A stretch of DNA of 63,761 bases, filler included, from Octopus bimaculoides (taxonomy: Eukaryota), in NCBI RefSeq assembly GCF_001194135.2. It is 7 parts of 7 records of this genome, joined end to end, with 100 filler letters (N's around TTAATTAATTAA, not from the genome) between each part and the next. Parts side by side here need not be neighbours in the genome. Positions count along the whole stretch, not along the records: positions 1 to 14,601 come from NC_069000.1; 6 more parts are not named here. One strand, given 5' to 3'. Below are positions 1 to 13,913 of the stretch, piece by piece; positions within the stretch are counted from its first letter, which is position 1; every line of letters begins with the position of its first letter. The notes beneath the pieces were generated by a model. That model did not search any database. It was not told the DNA's origin and saw only the letters and a program-made list of their open reading frames with translations. Position numbers and translations under genes: made by a program.

Positions 1-616
1 TTTTATGTATAGTTACAATATGTATGCAAAACTATCAAACATTAATTACATCACATTTTTATAGGAAAAGGTAGGCTGTGACTTCGAAGTTTCGGCTCAG
101 TTGCCTACTTTGCGATGATATCGATGAACAAGTGTTCCATTTGTTGTTAGTGTTGTTTAACGACGGGGCAATCCTGATCGAATTGGGCTATGAACAAAGC
201 AGTCCAGCTATGGCCACCACAGTTTTTTTGTATACTGTACTGCATTATGCAAACTCTTCTTCCTTTCTTTTTTTTAAGATGATACGGTATGATTTCAGAA
301 TATTTTAGCTGCTATTTCTCACATATCACGAAATTAACTTGAGGTTTCTACGTTGGCTTCTACTTTGGCTTTTTGTTGGCCAGGAACAGTGAGGTGTAAG
401 CGGAGAGAAATTTGGTTGCTATTTCTAGCAGGACAAACGGCCTACATAGAGGACTTTCCATTGGGTCTTCATAATGCTGTTGTGGACGTTGCCGTTGTTG
501 TTGTTGTTGTAGTTGCTGATGGTGGCACTAGTGGTGTTCGTGGTGGTATATATGTTAAAATTGTAGTTAGGTTAGTCGACGAGAATTTGGTGTGAGTGTG
601 AATGTGGGTTCGTATA

Positions 617-618
<2 letters not shown>

Positions 619-672
<54 letters not shown>

Positions 673-1091
673 NNNNNNNNNNNNNNNNNNNNNNNNNNNN
701 NNNNNNNNNNNNNNNNNNNNNNNNNNNNNNNNNNNNNNNNNNNNNNNNNNNNNNNNNNNNNNNNNNNNNNNNNNNNNNNNNNNNNNNNNNNNNNNNNNNN
801 NNNNNNNNNNNNNNNNNNNNNNNNNNNNNNNNNNNNNNNNNNNNNNNNNNNNNNNNNNNNNNNNNNNNNNNNNNNNNNNNNNNNNNNNNNNNNNNNNNNN
901 NNNNNNNNNNNNNNNNNNNNNNNNNNNNNNNNNNNNNNNNNNNNNNNNNNNNNNNNNNNNNNNNNNNNNNNNNNNNNNNNNNNNNNNNNNNNNNNNNNNN
1001 NNNNNNNNNNNNNNNNNNNNNNNNNNNNNNNNNNNNNNNNNNNNNNNNNNNNNNNNNNNNNNNNNNNNNNNNNNNNNNNNNNNNNNNNNNN

Positions 1092-1170
<79 letters not shown>
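619..1170. repeat. (TG)n and (TA)n/(TG)n microsatellites flanking an N gap
   Basis: Direct dinucleotide runs on both sides of the gap 673-1091; they generate the spurious CV/HT/YI ORFs in the track. Confidence 0.95.
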
Positions 1171-1176
<6 letters not shown>

Positions 1177-1544
1177 CATAATTATATAGCTGTGCATGCG
1201 TATATACGGGATGGGGTGTAAATATGTATCTACATATGTGTGTGTGCGTGTGTGTGTGTGTGTGTCCCCGTGTCTATGGGTCTGTCTGTCTGTCTGTATG
1301 TTTTAAAAACAAACGAGAAAAATAAAAGAAAACTTTATTCATCTCTGTGTCGCTCAAGCGACCGCGTGTGGCACAAACTCAGAGTAGCAGCAGAGTGAAA
1401 CAACAGCTGTTTGTGCGCACGGGCACACGCTTACGCATACGCACATACATCTACATATGTGTGTATACATATCTCTCTCTCCCTCTGACTCTCTTTCTGT
1501 GTGTGAGCGCGTCTGTGTGTGTATATATATGTGTATATACAGGA

Positions 1545-2966
1545 CATATGGAAAACCAGATCTGTTTGTCACTTTCACCTGCAATCCTAAATGGGAGGAA
1601 ATAAAATCTAACCCTTTCAGTGTTGCATCTTCTACCATTGCAACTACCCTCCTCAATGGGGGAAGAACTGCTCATTCCATGTTCAAGCTTCCTCTAAACC
1701 TTGCAATGAAAGAATCTGAAATGTGCAACATTTCCCAAAACTCTCCAATGGCAACAGTTCTTCAACAAACTTGTCCCATTATTTGGGATGAGTGCACTGT
1801 CACATCATAGAGCTCCAGAGGTACTTGACTGTACCCTCCAAGACATAAGAAATAATAGCCCGCTCATGGGAGGGGTAACAGTTCTTCTTGCAGGAGATTT
1901 TCGTCAAACGTTGCCAGTTATCCCCAAAAGATCAAAAGCTGATGACGTCAATGCATGCTTCAAAATATCGTACTTTTGGAGACATGTGAAAAAACTTCAT
2001 CTTACAAGCAATATCAGAATACTTCTACAAGATGATCATACAAGCTTCTTAAGATTGGTAATGGGATATTAACATTCAACTCAAGTCTTCAACTACACGA
2101 AATTTCATGCGGTCAAATGATACTTTCTCTTAAGGATCTTATGGATAAAGTATTTCCAAAATTATCTGTCAATTACACTGATGTAAAATGGTTATGTGAA
2201 AGAGTTATACTAGCCCCAACTAAGGAAATTGTTAATAAACTAAATCATGAACTTCTTCAAAAGTTAACAGATACATCAGAAATGACTTTTCGATCAATTG
2301 ACTATAGTTGATCATGATCAGGTTGCTCAATACCCTGTTGAATTTCTGAACACAAACCCACTGGGATGTCACCACATAACTTGACACTAAAACTGGGTGC
2401 TCCCATTATGTTGCTTAGGAATCTTGACCCATCTCACCTGTGTAATGGAACTCGCTTAATTTTTACATCCAGGAAGCCCAATGTTCTGCAGGCAACAATC
2501 ACAACAGGTAGTCACAAAGGAGAAAATATCTTTATTCCCAAAATTCCTCTCATACCTACAGATGTTCCATTTGAATTTAAGACACTTCAGCTTCCAGTCA
2601 AACTAAGCTTTGGTATTTCAATAAACAAAACTCAGGGTCAATCCCTCAAGGTAGTTGCACTTGATCTCATTACTACATGCTTTTCCCACGGCCAACTCTA
2701 CGTTGCTTGCTCGCGAGTTGGAAACAGCAAAAGTTTTTTTCATTTCGACACCAACCAAAAATTACACAATGAATATTGTTTACCCTGAGGTGCTTGAACA
2801 TTGACAGATTTTCAGTTCGAAATCTATTAACATTACAATTTGGATAGATATTTTAAAATAAAATATAGATATTTTGAAATAGTTATGAGAATATATCTTT
2901 ATATTTATTGTTTACTAATCTGAATAAGAAGAGCAGTAACCCGGGCAACGCCGGGTCATTCATCTA

Positions 2967-2967
<1 letters not shown>
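1545..2967 (+). mobile_element. Internally deleted, degenerate Helitron (Rep motif plus PIF1-like helicase remnants and 3' terminus)
   Basis: YGKPDLFVTFTCNPKW (Rep motif); VASSTIATTLLNGGRTAHSMFKLP, IIWDE, GGVTVLLAGDFRQTLPVIP, LKLGAPIMLLRNL, LCNGTRL, SINKTQGQSL and FSHGQLYVACSRV (helicase motifs) across frameshifts. The 3' end is a hairpin ACCCGG-GCAACG-CCGGGT (2939-2956) followed by CTAG (2964-2967) then T. The 5' end is not defined. Confidence 0.93.
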
Positions 2968-3001
<34 letters not shown>

Positions 3002-3121
3002 GAAAAAGAGAGAGAGAGAGATGGTGGGGTGAGCTACATTNNNNNNNNNNNNNNNNNNNNNNNNNNNNNNNNNNNNNNNNNNNNNNNNNNNNNNNNNNNN
3101 NNNNNNNNNNNNNNNNNNNNN

Positions 3122-3277
3122 AACCAACCAACCAACCAACCAACCAACCGACCAACCAGCCAACAAGCCATCCGGCCAATTCCACCATCACCACCACCAT
3201 GAACAACAACAACAATAACCACCACTACCACCACCTCCACTACCACCACCACCACCACTACTACTACTACTACTACA

Positions 3278-3348
<71 letters not shown>

Positions 3349-3370
3349 AGCAGCAACCACAACCGCAGTA
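3122..3370. repeat. Compound (AACC)n/(CAC)n/(TAC)n simple repeats
   Basis: Direct inspection. Confidence 0.9.
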
Positions 3371-3648
3371 GTATACAACAATAACATCTGTAATCCCCTT
3401 TCTAATTATAAAAACAACAAAGTCGATGTTTCTGTGTTTATTTGTACATATATTGTTTCATCTGTAATTACTCTACTTATACGCACACATGAATATACGT
3501 ATGTATGTGTGTATGTATGTATGTATGTATGTATGTATGTATGTATGTATGCATGCATGTATGTATGTATATATAAATGTATGTGTGTGTATGTATTTGT
3601 GTGTGTATATATATATTTATATATAGATATGATATATATGTGTGTGTT

Positions 3649-3686
<38 letters not shown>

Positions 3687-4779
3687 CATGCAAATATACA
3701 TTTCTTTATGCAATTACACATGTATAAACATACAAGCATGTGTGTGTGTGCGTTGGAGTGTGTATGTGTGTGGGTATATGTATATATATTAATAAAGCTA
3801 AATGAAATTATGTACGCATGTATGCACACACTTATATTGATACTTACATACATGCATATATATGTACGTACATACATACATACATGTACACATATACACC
3901 CGTATATAATCCCTATATTATACGCATATATATATACCCATATATATATATATATAGTGAGAGAGAGAGACTTACGGGCAAACAAACAGACACATGCATA
4001 CATGATACACACACATACCACGCATATTAATTACTTTATACACTATACTGTGTACACTACACATATTACATGCGATAATGTGTACATCAGTAACATCATT
4101 CCCTGTACTGCGTAGCTTGCTGACATTGCACCCTATACTGTATAACAATACATTTTCTCATACTGTAACGTGAACATACTGTTTATATTGCACAACCTCT
4201 CCTCTGTATGTTATTCACACATCCCATAACGTGCAGTGAATACTCCATACAGCACAGTCTATAGTGTAGAGTACCCACAGCACATATTCTACTCCACATA
4301 CAGTGTATTACTCAAGTCCACCGTATACCGTGTACCGTACGCACTGCATATACTAGGCCATTATATACACAAGCAAACGTGCAAGCTTCTTTGTTAAACG
4401 TAAGAGCTGCTAAAAATGGCTGCCACATCTCTCCCAAACCATACCCAATTGACTTTTAAAAAAAGAAATTTATTAAAAGGGGAAGTTTTGAGAAAAGAAA
4501 ATTTCTACATAGCTGAAAAATGTTTGATTAAAGATTTACGTATTCGGAACCGGCGTGAAATATGCAACAACAGCAATAACCATTGCGCATATAACCCACA
4601 ATCCACTCTATACACATGCAGAACGAACAACGTATCCCATTTACAATATACCATACATCATGCATATCTACACATATACATAAAGACAGACACGCACACA
4701 CATAATGAACCGTTCACATATTTAAGATGATAGTCTACGCAGAGTTGATGAATCTTAATAGACATCGCTCCCAAACTAG

Positions 4780-5450
4780 AGATGGGCTTTAAACACCAAG
4801 TATAAAATCTGGACATGAACGCCAATCGGAAGGGGAAATGGTTGGAATCTGCTGGAAGTATTTGAAGCCAATGAAGACTTCTTTTCTTTATTTTCGATCT
4901 GGTGGGATGAGATGAAACTTGGGTGCACCTTTAGGATGAGGAAACAAAAGCCATAGAATGGCGCCACATCTCTCTTTTCCAAGGTCTAAAGAGTAGAAGA
5001 GTCAGCAATCGGTACAGTAAGTCATAGGGAATATCTTTTGGGATAATAAGGACGTCACTGTCCTTGATTTTTTGGAAAGTGGTTGTACCGTGAACATTGA
5101 GACATAGGAGGAAGTGATCGAGCAAGGATGTGAAAACGATCCGCATTCATTATGATAATTCGTGACTGCATACATTTTCGGCAACAAATCAGGCAATCGA
5201 CAAACTGGATTGGTTAGTGGTCTCTTGTCTTCAGTAAAGCCCGGATCTGGTACTCTCCGACTACCACCTTTTTGGACCATTGAAGCACAGTTTTCGGAGA
5301 CAGATTTTACGATACAGACGAGGTGAAAGAAGCTGTTAATAAGTGGGTACCGTAGTAGTACACACCTGATTTCTTTCCATAAAGGATTCCAAAGATAAGG
5401 TTGACAATGGCGAGAATGCCTCGCTTATTATGGAGACAGGTACATTTCTA
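4780..5450 (+). mobile_element. Mariner transposase fossil (catalytic domain)
   Basis: Manual translation gives DETWVH..EETK..EWRH, IFWDNKDV..LDFLESG.TVN, IHYDN and SPDLVLSDYHLFGPLK, with multiple stops and frameshifts. Confidence 0.85.
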
Positions 5451-5794
5451 TTGATGGTGACTTACCTTACCGACAGAAGCCACTTGAACGATTTATGCTG
5501 GTTAAAGCTATGTCCACTATTGTATTACTTTCGGATGACCCATAAATCAATATTTTACTGGCTGATTAGCTTATTAATAAGCGACTTAATGAATACATTT
5601 ACACATTTATGAATCTAATTTAATGCCTATTGACTTGTTGGTCTAACTATCCATCTAACTATGAATGTATATATACATGTAATTGTCTTTCTATTTGTTT
5701 AGCTACACCACACATCACTCTATTTACTTAGCTAAATGTTGTCTATCTAATTGTGTATAGACTTACTTATCTCCCTGAATGTCTGACCTCATGC

Positions 5795-5839
<45 letters not shown>

Positions 5840-5868
5840 CATCTATTTCTGTCTATATGTATGTGTAT

Positions 5869-5948
<80 letters not shown>

Positions 5949-6723
5949 GTCTCTATCACTGCCCTCCTATCGAATATGGAGCCCTTACATCCTTTGTAAC
6001 ATAAGACACCCAACTGTCCCTTGGATAGCTATTCCCCGTATCTTTTACAAAATAAACTAACTTTAACGAACTTTAACGAAGTCCATCAAGAAAGCGAACG
6101 GCAGCAGAAATAAAATACTAGACGACTGATTATTCGATACTAATCAAACATAACTCTCTAACAACCTACCTAATAATCCTTTTTATCTCTTGTCACTTGA
6201 ATTTGTACAAGATTGTTCTTTTAAGTGGCGCCTGTCGTTGCAAAGATATTTACGAAGTAGAATGTGTCTGCGTTTGTATAAGTATGTGTGTATGAGTGTG
6301 TGTATATATACTCTGAATACGACCCGATTCGATGTAGATTTGACATCTAAAACTTCATTAATTGGACAGTTTGATTGGTCTTATGAAAGTAATAAGTAAT
6401 GCAAAATAGAACAATGCTTTCACTGACAGTTTTATTTGAAAGAAAGGATGTGCATGATGTGTGTGTATGTGTGTGTGTGTACATCTATATACATATACAT
6501 AGACACATACATACACGCACATACATACATACACACACATACATACATATATATATATATATATACATACATATATAAATAATATATATATGCATATAAC
6601 ATATATATATGTACATACATATATATGTATCTACATATATGTATATATGCATATATATATTTATTTATTATTTATATTATTATTTGATTAAACGTCACGT
6701 ATCCATTTCCAAGTAAGTTTATA

Positions 6724-6789
<66 letters not shown>

Positions 6790-6791
<2 letters not shown>

Positions 6792-6895
6792 ACTCCGTCG
6801 GTTATGACGACGAGGATTCCGGTTGATCCGATCAACGGAACAGCCTGCTCGTGAAACTGGAGCAACGTGAAATAAAGTGTCTTGCTCAAGGACAC
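6790..6895 (-). mobile_element. 3' fragment of tRNA-derived SINE family B
   Basis: CACTCCGTCGG...GTTGATCCGATCAACGGAACAGCCTGCTCGTGAAA matches the full copy at 46285-46662. Confidence 0.85.
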
Positions 6896-6899
6896 AACG

Positions 6900-7160
6900 C
6901 GTCTGAAGAATTTTTAGTCGAATGAATCAACCCCAAGACTTATTTTTTAATGACTGGTAATTATTCTATCGGTAAATTTTGCTGAATCGTTTAGTTACAG
7001 GGACGAAAACACACTAACACCGGTTGTCAGATCCGTTCACAAGGCTTTGATAAACTCGAGGCTATTGTAGAAGACACTTGCCTAAGGTGCCACGCAGTGG
7101 GACTGAACCCAGAACTATGTGGTTGAGAAACAAGCTTCATACCACACAGCCACTCCTATG
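6900..7160 (-). mobile_element. SINE family C (tRNA-like head, CORE-like GGCACCTTGGGCAAGTG block), partial
   Basis: Shares GAAGACACTTGCC.AAG.TGCCACGCAGTGGGACTGAACCC...ACCACACAGCCACTCCT with 52897-53053 and partly with 58447-58765. Confidence 0.85.
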
Positions 7161-8651
7161 AGATACAGTAATAAATTTAAGCAATTGTATTAGGCATCAC
7201 TTAGTTAATTAAAGAAATATTGACTCTACATCTATAAATGTATTCAATGCTTTCTTGAATCATAGTTTGTTCGATTGAAAATGATCCCATTCTCCAGGAT
7301 AAAGTGCACGCTTAATATACAGTTTTCCTCTCCATAGTATAGTGAATGCTGGACACTGTCTAGCTTATTAGACAAGTTGGCCCTAAATGTCTTTTCTATA
7401 TAAGTGTGTCTATAAGAACAGATACTGCTTGGCGCACCATATTTTCACAGAGCTCACTACACCATAGTGCGTTCGATGATCAGGCGATATAACCAGGCAA
7501 CCAAACTAAGAGGACAACTCTGACTCGAAACCTGAATAGACTGGTTTGTTAGGTAAGTCAGATCATTTATCTAGGAGAAGGAAACTTCAGATTTACAGTT
7601 ACGATCTGTAGACCTCGCTAACACCATCTCAGCTTTCTTTGTCACGAGAGAGTGCAAAGGTGAAACCACTACCACCCACATTACCCTCTATCTAAAAAAT
7701 AATCTTTTTGGCAGCCAAAGGACATGCTCATGTCTATCCAGAGTCATCTCTGTCGACCATTGATCAAATCTTGCAGCGATAAGAAAGTGGCGAAAACTGC
7801 AGAACGAAGATTGCGCCGGAAGTTGCGTTTACGAATTATTTACGAATAAATAATAGCGTGTAGAAAACTGAATTATACAGTCCCTTGGATTGAAAAAATT
7901 GAAGGCTGCCCTTAGAACTCGAACCTACATCATCTGTAAATATAGTATACGTTTACCATTACAATAAAGTTTCGAAATTCTCATAACTCGAATATACAAT
8001 TCGTTGGTTATTGAACAAAGCATTGAAAATGGATATTTAAAATTCGACTGGTTGCTTTGGTATAAATAGTATAATGTTGAATCTGCTACTTTTACAAAAT
8101 ATGTGGATTTGAGTACCATGTATAGTCGTCAACTACTTCCATCCAAGAGGTTTTTTTAACCCAATATTCAACACACTAATTTTCATTATTTTACCTTCTT
8201 TGAGTTCCAGCATTAAACATAATTTACTTCATATATCTTGCAAAATTTTAAAATTCTTATGACGTAAACTATATACAATTTATTCCTTCACCGCAACCAC
8301 TAGCTGGCATACACAGGTGCTTACAATTGTCAAGTATTACCTCTAAATTTTAATTTATATATAAATATATGTACATACACGCACAAATTAATATTTATTA
8401 ATAAATGTGGAACAGCCACTCCTCCGCCAAGGCAAAAACTTACGTCATCTTAGTCAAAGCTCACATGTTTGAATTACAGTGCAGAACCCCTGCGATTAAA
8501 ATAAATAGCATACAAATACGTAATAAGAATTTTTAAGAAGAAAAATTCCTTAAAAAAATTAAATGGTTTATTTAGTAATTATTTAATTTTAGTTTAGTAT
8601 AATTATAGTAAATAAAAGTGTACTATACTAATCTTTTCATTAGGGATTAGA

Positions 8652-8866
8652 AGGCAGTCAACTGACAGAATCGTTAGTACGTAGAATAAAATGCTCAACG
8701 GCATTTCTTCCGGTTCTTTACCTTCTCAGTTCAAATTCCGCCTAGTTTAACTTTGCTTGTAACCCTTCGAGATGGGTAAATTAAAGAGCCAATCATGTAC
8801 TGGGGTCGATGTAACCGCTTACCCCTCCTCCCAAAACTGCTGGTCTCGTGCCAAAATTTGAAACAG
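8652..8866 (+). mobile_element. SINE family A, diverged copy
   Basis: Colinear with the AAGGCGGCGAGCTGGCAGAA...GTTCAAATTCC...ACTGGGGTCGAT...GTGCCAAAATTTGAAAC consensus seen at 17781 and 26222. Confidence 0.8.
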
Positions 8867-9934
8867 GCGGTAAGCTTGGTTGCGTTTCTTCTGGCTCATT
8901 GCATTTTGAGTCCAAATTCCCCTGAAATACTCAGTAAGATCAGCTAAAATTACATAACTGTAAACCAGAGATATATAAAGCACCCACTGACAAAATTTCA
9001 AATCCGTATGTAAAAAAATTGCAAAGTTACAAGCAAATATTGTGGACACCCCTCTTGAACCTGAATAATTCAAAATAGCGTGGACAAATAAGCATTACAT
9101 TTGACAGATTAATATGAACACTAAAGATGTTTTAGGTGTTTTTTTTTCTTACACACACACATAACACGGCCACGCTCGGTTGGAACTACACGTGTGTTAC
9201 TTTGACATCATCATTCCATAAAATTTGTTTATGGGGAGAAAAATATTGAAAAATATCAATAGATGTGTGAGTGAGAAAGAAACGGGGAGGGAGGTTTTGG
9301 GATGTGCTAGAAACAACGGCCAGATCTCCCTTAATTCACACATTTTNNNNNNNNNNNNNNNNNNNNNNNNNNNNNNNNNNNNNNNNNNNNNNNNNNNNNN
9401 NNNNNNNNNNNNNNNNNNNNNNNNNNNNNNNNNNNNNNNNNNNNNNNNNNNNNNNNNNNNNNNNNNNNNNNNNNNNNNNNNNNNNNNNNNNNNNNNNNNN
9501 NNNNNNNNNNNNNNNNNNNNNNNNNNNNNNNNNNNNNNNNNNNNNNNNNNNNNNNNNNNNNNNNNNNNNNNNNNNNNNNNNNNNNNNNNNNNNNNNNNNN
9601 NNNNNNNNNNNNNNNNNNNNNNNNNNNNNNNNNNNNNNNNNNNNNNNNNNNNNNNNNNNNNNNNNAAATCTATACCATTTGAAAGATATTTGTAAAAAAT
9701 TTCATTAAAAATACCTATTTTCCAGAAAGTTATGAGGAGGAAAATGTCGGGTCCTGTGAATTTTCCGAAACTCCTCTCCCCAAACCCATGGAAAAAATTT
9801 TCTAAGAAATCTTTACATACATTCAATTTACAGGATATAATCGATTATTTAGTGAAAATTTCGTTAAAAAGTATCCATTTTTCTGGAAGTTACGAGGCAA
9901 CTAAGTCGGTGCGGTATTAAGCTGTAGTTATGCA

Positions 9935-10051
9935 GTTTTTTCAATAAAAGTTAACGTTAACGGATTAACGTTAACTTCCGTTACATTTTCAAAGAATTAA
10001 CGGAGTAACGATTAACGTAGTTAACTTTTCGATTAACGATGCCCACCTCTG
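9935..10051. mobile_element. hAT-like MITE end with clustered TTAACG motifs
   Basis: Ends TTAACGATGCCCACCTCTG (reverse complement CAGAGGTGGGCATCGTTAA, a hAT-type terminus) with repeated internal GTTAAC/TTAACG motifs. Confidence 0.55.
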
Positions 10052-10118
10052 TAAACATATATGCATGCATAGATGTATATGTACTTATATATATATGCAT
10101 GCTTTCATACATGTATAC

Positions 10119-10150
<32 letters not shown>

Positions 10151-10374
10151 GTCCATTTATATTTACATTTAAGCAAATATATGAATATATGAAGCGTGAG
10201 ATTTCCTAATCACCGTGAATGATGGGGTATGCGTTGTGGATTATCTGCTATGCTGTATTTCATCTCCCTCCCTCGTTCGTTCCCGTGTGTTTGTTCGTGT
10301 GTGCGTGTGTGTGTGTGCGTGCGCGCGCGCATGCATTATGCACGCATGAATGAATGTGCTAATGTATGTGTCTG

Positions 10375-10423
<49 letters not shown>

Positions 10424-10623
10424 ATATATGTTTTTATGTATGTATGTACGTTTACTTTTTCCTTCTTCCACACTCACACGCACTCCAACACGCATGTTCA
10501 CGCACACTCACTCATACACGCGCACGAACGCTTATTAATCGCCAATCATTTGCATTTATGCATACACCCACCAAAAAATACTTTTCACCCGTTTATAAAT
10601 CCAGACATACTTATACATAAGCA

Positions 10624-10663
<40 letters not shown>

Positions 10664-11059
10664 CGCACACACGTGAACAGCGACGAAAGAAATTTGACTA
10701 ACAAACAACTGATTGATTGTTTAACCAGCACATTAAAGAAACAATCGATTTGTTAGATGGCTAAATATTTAACCAATTAACTAAAAATAAAGAAATGGAA
10801 CTGAACCTGTGCGTGTTTTATTATTATTGACGTAATGACGCAAACTTTGTCTCAACACACGAATTCACATCAAGAATCTTGCAAACCAAACATAAAATCG
10901 AAGTATACATACATACATACATACATACGTACGTAAGTATGTATGTATGTGTGTATGTATGTATTTGAATGCACATACACACACACACACATATAGACAT
11001 GCACATTCATAATAAATGTAGATTTTAAATTGAAAGACATCGATGTTGTTAGGAAGCAG

Positions 11060-11190
11060 GAATAAAGTCGGCTAAAGTAAATCCAGTACTTGACTGGTAT
11101 ATATTATATCGACCTCAAAAAGATGAATGAGAAAATTGGCCTCAGCGTGATTTGAACTCCGAACCTAAAAGCAACGTAACTAAATATCGC
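11060..11190 (-). mobile_element. SINE family A, old diverged fragment
   Basis: CCAGTACTTGACTGGTA...ATCGACC...GATGAA...ATTTGAACTC is colinear with the reverse complement of family A. Confidence 0.65.
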
Positions 11191-11529
11191 AATAATAAAC
11201 GAAACCCTTCATCAGGAAGTGTGTTATGTTGATAACCACCCAGCTGTGAAACATCAAAGTGAGCAAATATAACTTGGTGACCCTTTACAACCCTCTCTTA
11301 CTCTGGTGACCTTTCAAAGTCCCCCGATTGTTTTTTTCTTACTACTGCTGACTTTTGCTTTTAGAATATTTTTAATTTTTTGTTTTATTTTCCCACCTTT
11401 TCTTGTTAATGTTCCTTGATCGGTCGTAACAGCTGATACCCTCTCACTTGCAATATGTTCTTCATATTCTAGCAATCATGCACTCTGCAGACAAATTACA
11501 ACGAAACAAAAGAAGCCAGGTTTGTTTGT

Positions 11530-11597
11530 GTCCTGAGTACAGGTATGGTACCTTGGGCAAGTGTATTTTAGTATTGCCTCGGACCGACCAATATAAT

Positions 11598-11641
<44 letters not shown>

Positions 11642-11890
11642 CGTGTGTGTGTGTGTGTGCGTGTGCATGTACATGCAGCTCTTTGCGTTTGTGCTTGAAA
11701 ACCGGTGCTGGTTTGTTTACGTCATCGTAACTTAGCCGCTCGACGAAAGACACCGACACAATGAGTATCAGACTTTAAGAGAATATTAAGTACGGGGGTG
11801 GGGGCGTGATTCGTTTGACAAAAATCTTCAGTATGACCTCAGTCAAATGACTGAAGCAAGTAAAATTTAAATGATAAAAGATAAACAAAA
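11530..11890 (+). mobile_element. SINE family C with internal (TG)n
   Basis: CCTTGGGCAAGTG...CGACC, then a microsatellite, then GTAACTTAGC...AAGTAC.GGGG...AAATGACTGAA.CAAGTAAAA tail. Confidence 0.75.
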
Positions 11891-13013
11891 ACTTGGCAGA
11901 ATTTGCCTCGGAATTTGTTTTTGATCTACCAGTAAGTAGACAGTGTACTATGCTGACGATGTTTAGCAGACCGAAACAAATGTACATAGTTGTCCATTGT
12001 CCACAAGAAAGATCAGATTCTTACTTCTCTAGCAAATAAGTTTACTCAAGAAATTTGTTCTTCATCTCTTGAAACTATATCTCCTAACTTCTAATGAGTT
12101 TTTAACAATCACTGCTAACAGTAAAAGTAAGCCATCCTTGCTAATAAAAGTAAGCCATCCTTGGTTCAGCCCTACAACCTGACCCTTGGGAGTCTTTAGC
12201 CGAGTGCATTCTTTTGCAAGCATTGCGCCAGGTCTCCGGTTTGAGAATAACTTCGTTCCTTCCTTCGTTCCTTCCTTCCTTCCTTCATTCATTCATTCAT
12301 GCATTCCTTTTTCCTTCCTTTCTTCGTTCGTTCGTTCGTTCGTTCCATCCTCTCACCAGGCTTGGGAATCCTTGAAGTTAGTTGCTGTAGCTACTTAGCT
12401 CCTGTTCAATCCTGATTGAACAGACCTCTGATCAAAGGCACTCCCTCCATGACCATCGCCAATTTTTTTTCTGTGTGTATGGAATCCAGAACCAATTATG
12501 CAACGTATCCTGGTTTTAAAAGATGACCGAGTGTAATTTATTTAGCTGCTATTTCCTGCAGGCTGAGCGACTAGATAGAGGAACCCTCATTAGCTCATCT
12601 CCTTCCATGGGCGCTGCCGTTTGTAACTCATATAAAATGATAAATACTTATGTATGTATGTATGTATGTATGTATGTATGTATGTATGTATGTATTATGT
12701 ATGTGTATGTATGTATGGTTGAGTGTATGGATAAATGGGTGGATCTATGTATAGGCTTCTCTCGGTCCAGTACTCCACACCTCCTAATATTTCCATGGAA
12801 CAATGTAGCAGACATCTTTCTGAAAACAAATACGTTACTTTGTAAATCCGCAGCTGTTTTGACTACCACTATTGTCAACATCACCGCCGCCGCCGCCACC
12901 AACCTACATAACGGCAGCAACAACAACATCCAATAACTATCCTAGCCATCAGCAACTCAGCTTTGTGTCAGGATTAAACTGTAATTTTGTCCCAACAAAT
13001 TCATACCCACCCC

Positions 13014-13067
<54 letters not shown>

Positions 13068-13868
13068 NNNNNNNNNNNNNNNNNNNNNNNNNNNNNNNNN
13101 NNNNNNNNNNNNNNNNNNNNNNNNNNNNNNNNNNNNNNNNNNNNNNNNNNNNNNNNNNNNNNNNNNNNNNNNNNNNNNNNNNNNNNNNNNNNNNNNNNNN
13201 NNNNNNNNNNNNNNNNNNNNNNNNNNNNNNNNNNNNNNNNNNNNNNNNNNNNNNNNNNNNNNNNNNNNNNNNNNNNNNNNNNNNNNNNNNNNNNNNNNNN
13301 NNNNNNNNNNNNNNNNNNNNNNNNNNNNNNNNNNNNNNNNNNNNNNNNNNNNNNNNNNNNNNNNNNNNNNNNNNNNNNNNNNNNNNNNNNNNNNNNNNNN
13401 NNNNNNNNNNNNNNNNNNNNNNNNNNNNNNNNNNNNNNNNNNNNNNNNNNNNNNNNNNNNNNNNNNNNNNNNNNNNNNNNNNNNNNNNNNNNNNNNNNNN
13501 NNNNNNNNNNNNNNNNNNNNNNNNNNNNNNNNNNNNNNNNNNNNNNNNNNNNNNNNNNNNNNNNNNNNNNNNNNNNNNNNNNNNNNNNNNNNNNNNNNNN
13601 NNNNNNNNNNNNNNNNNNNNNNNNNNNNNNNNNNNNNNNNNNNNNNNNNNNNNNNNNNNNNNNNNNNNNNNNNNNNNNNNNNNNNNNNNNNNNNNNNNNN
13701 NNNNNNNNNNNNNNNNNNNNNNNNNNNNNNNNNNNNNNNNNNNNNNNNNNNNNNNNNNNNNNNNNNNNNNNNNNNNNNNNNNNNNNNNNNNNNNNNNNNN
13801 NNNNNNNNNNNNNNNNNNNNNNNNNNNNNNNNNNNNNNNNNNNCACACACACACACACACACACACAG

Positions 13869-13913
<45 letters not shown>

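Noticed and set aside
11200-11217. Minus-strand CCUGAUGAAGGG hammerhead-like core
   Set aside because: No stem II partner or downstream GAAA on that strand.
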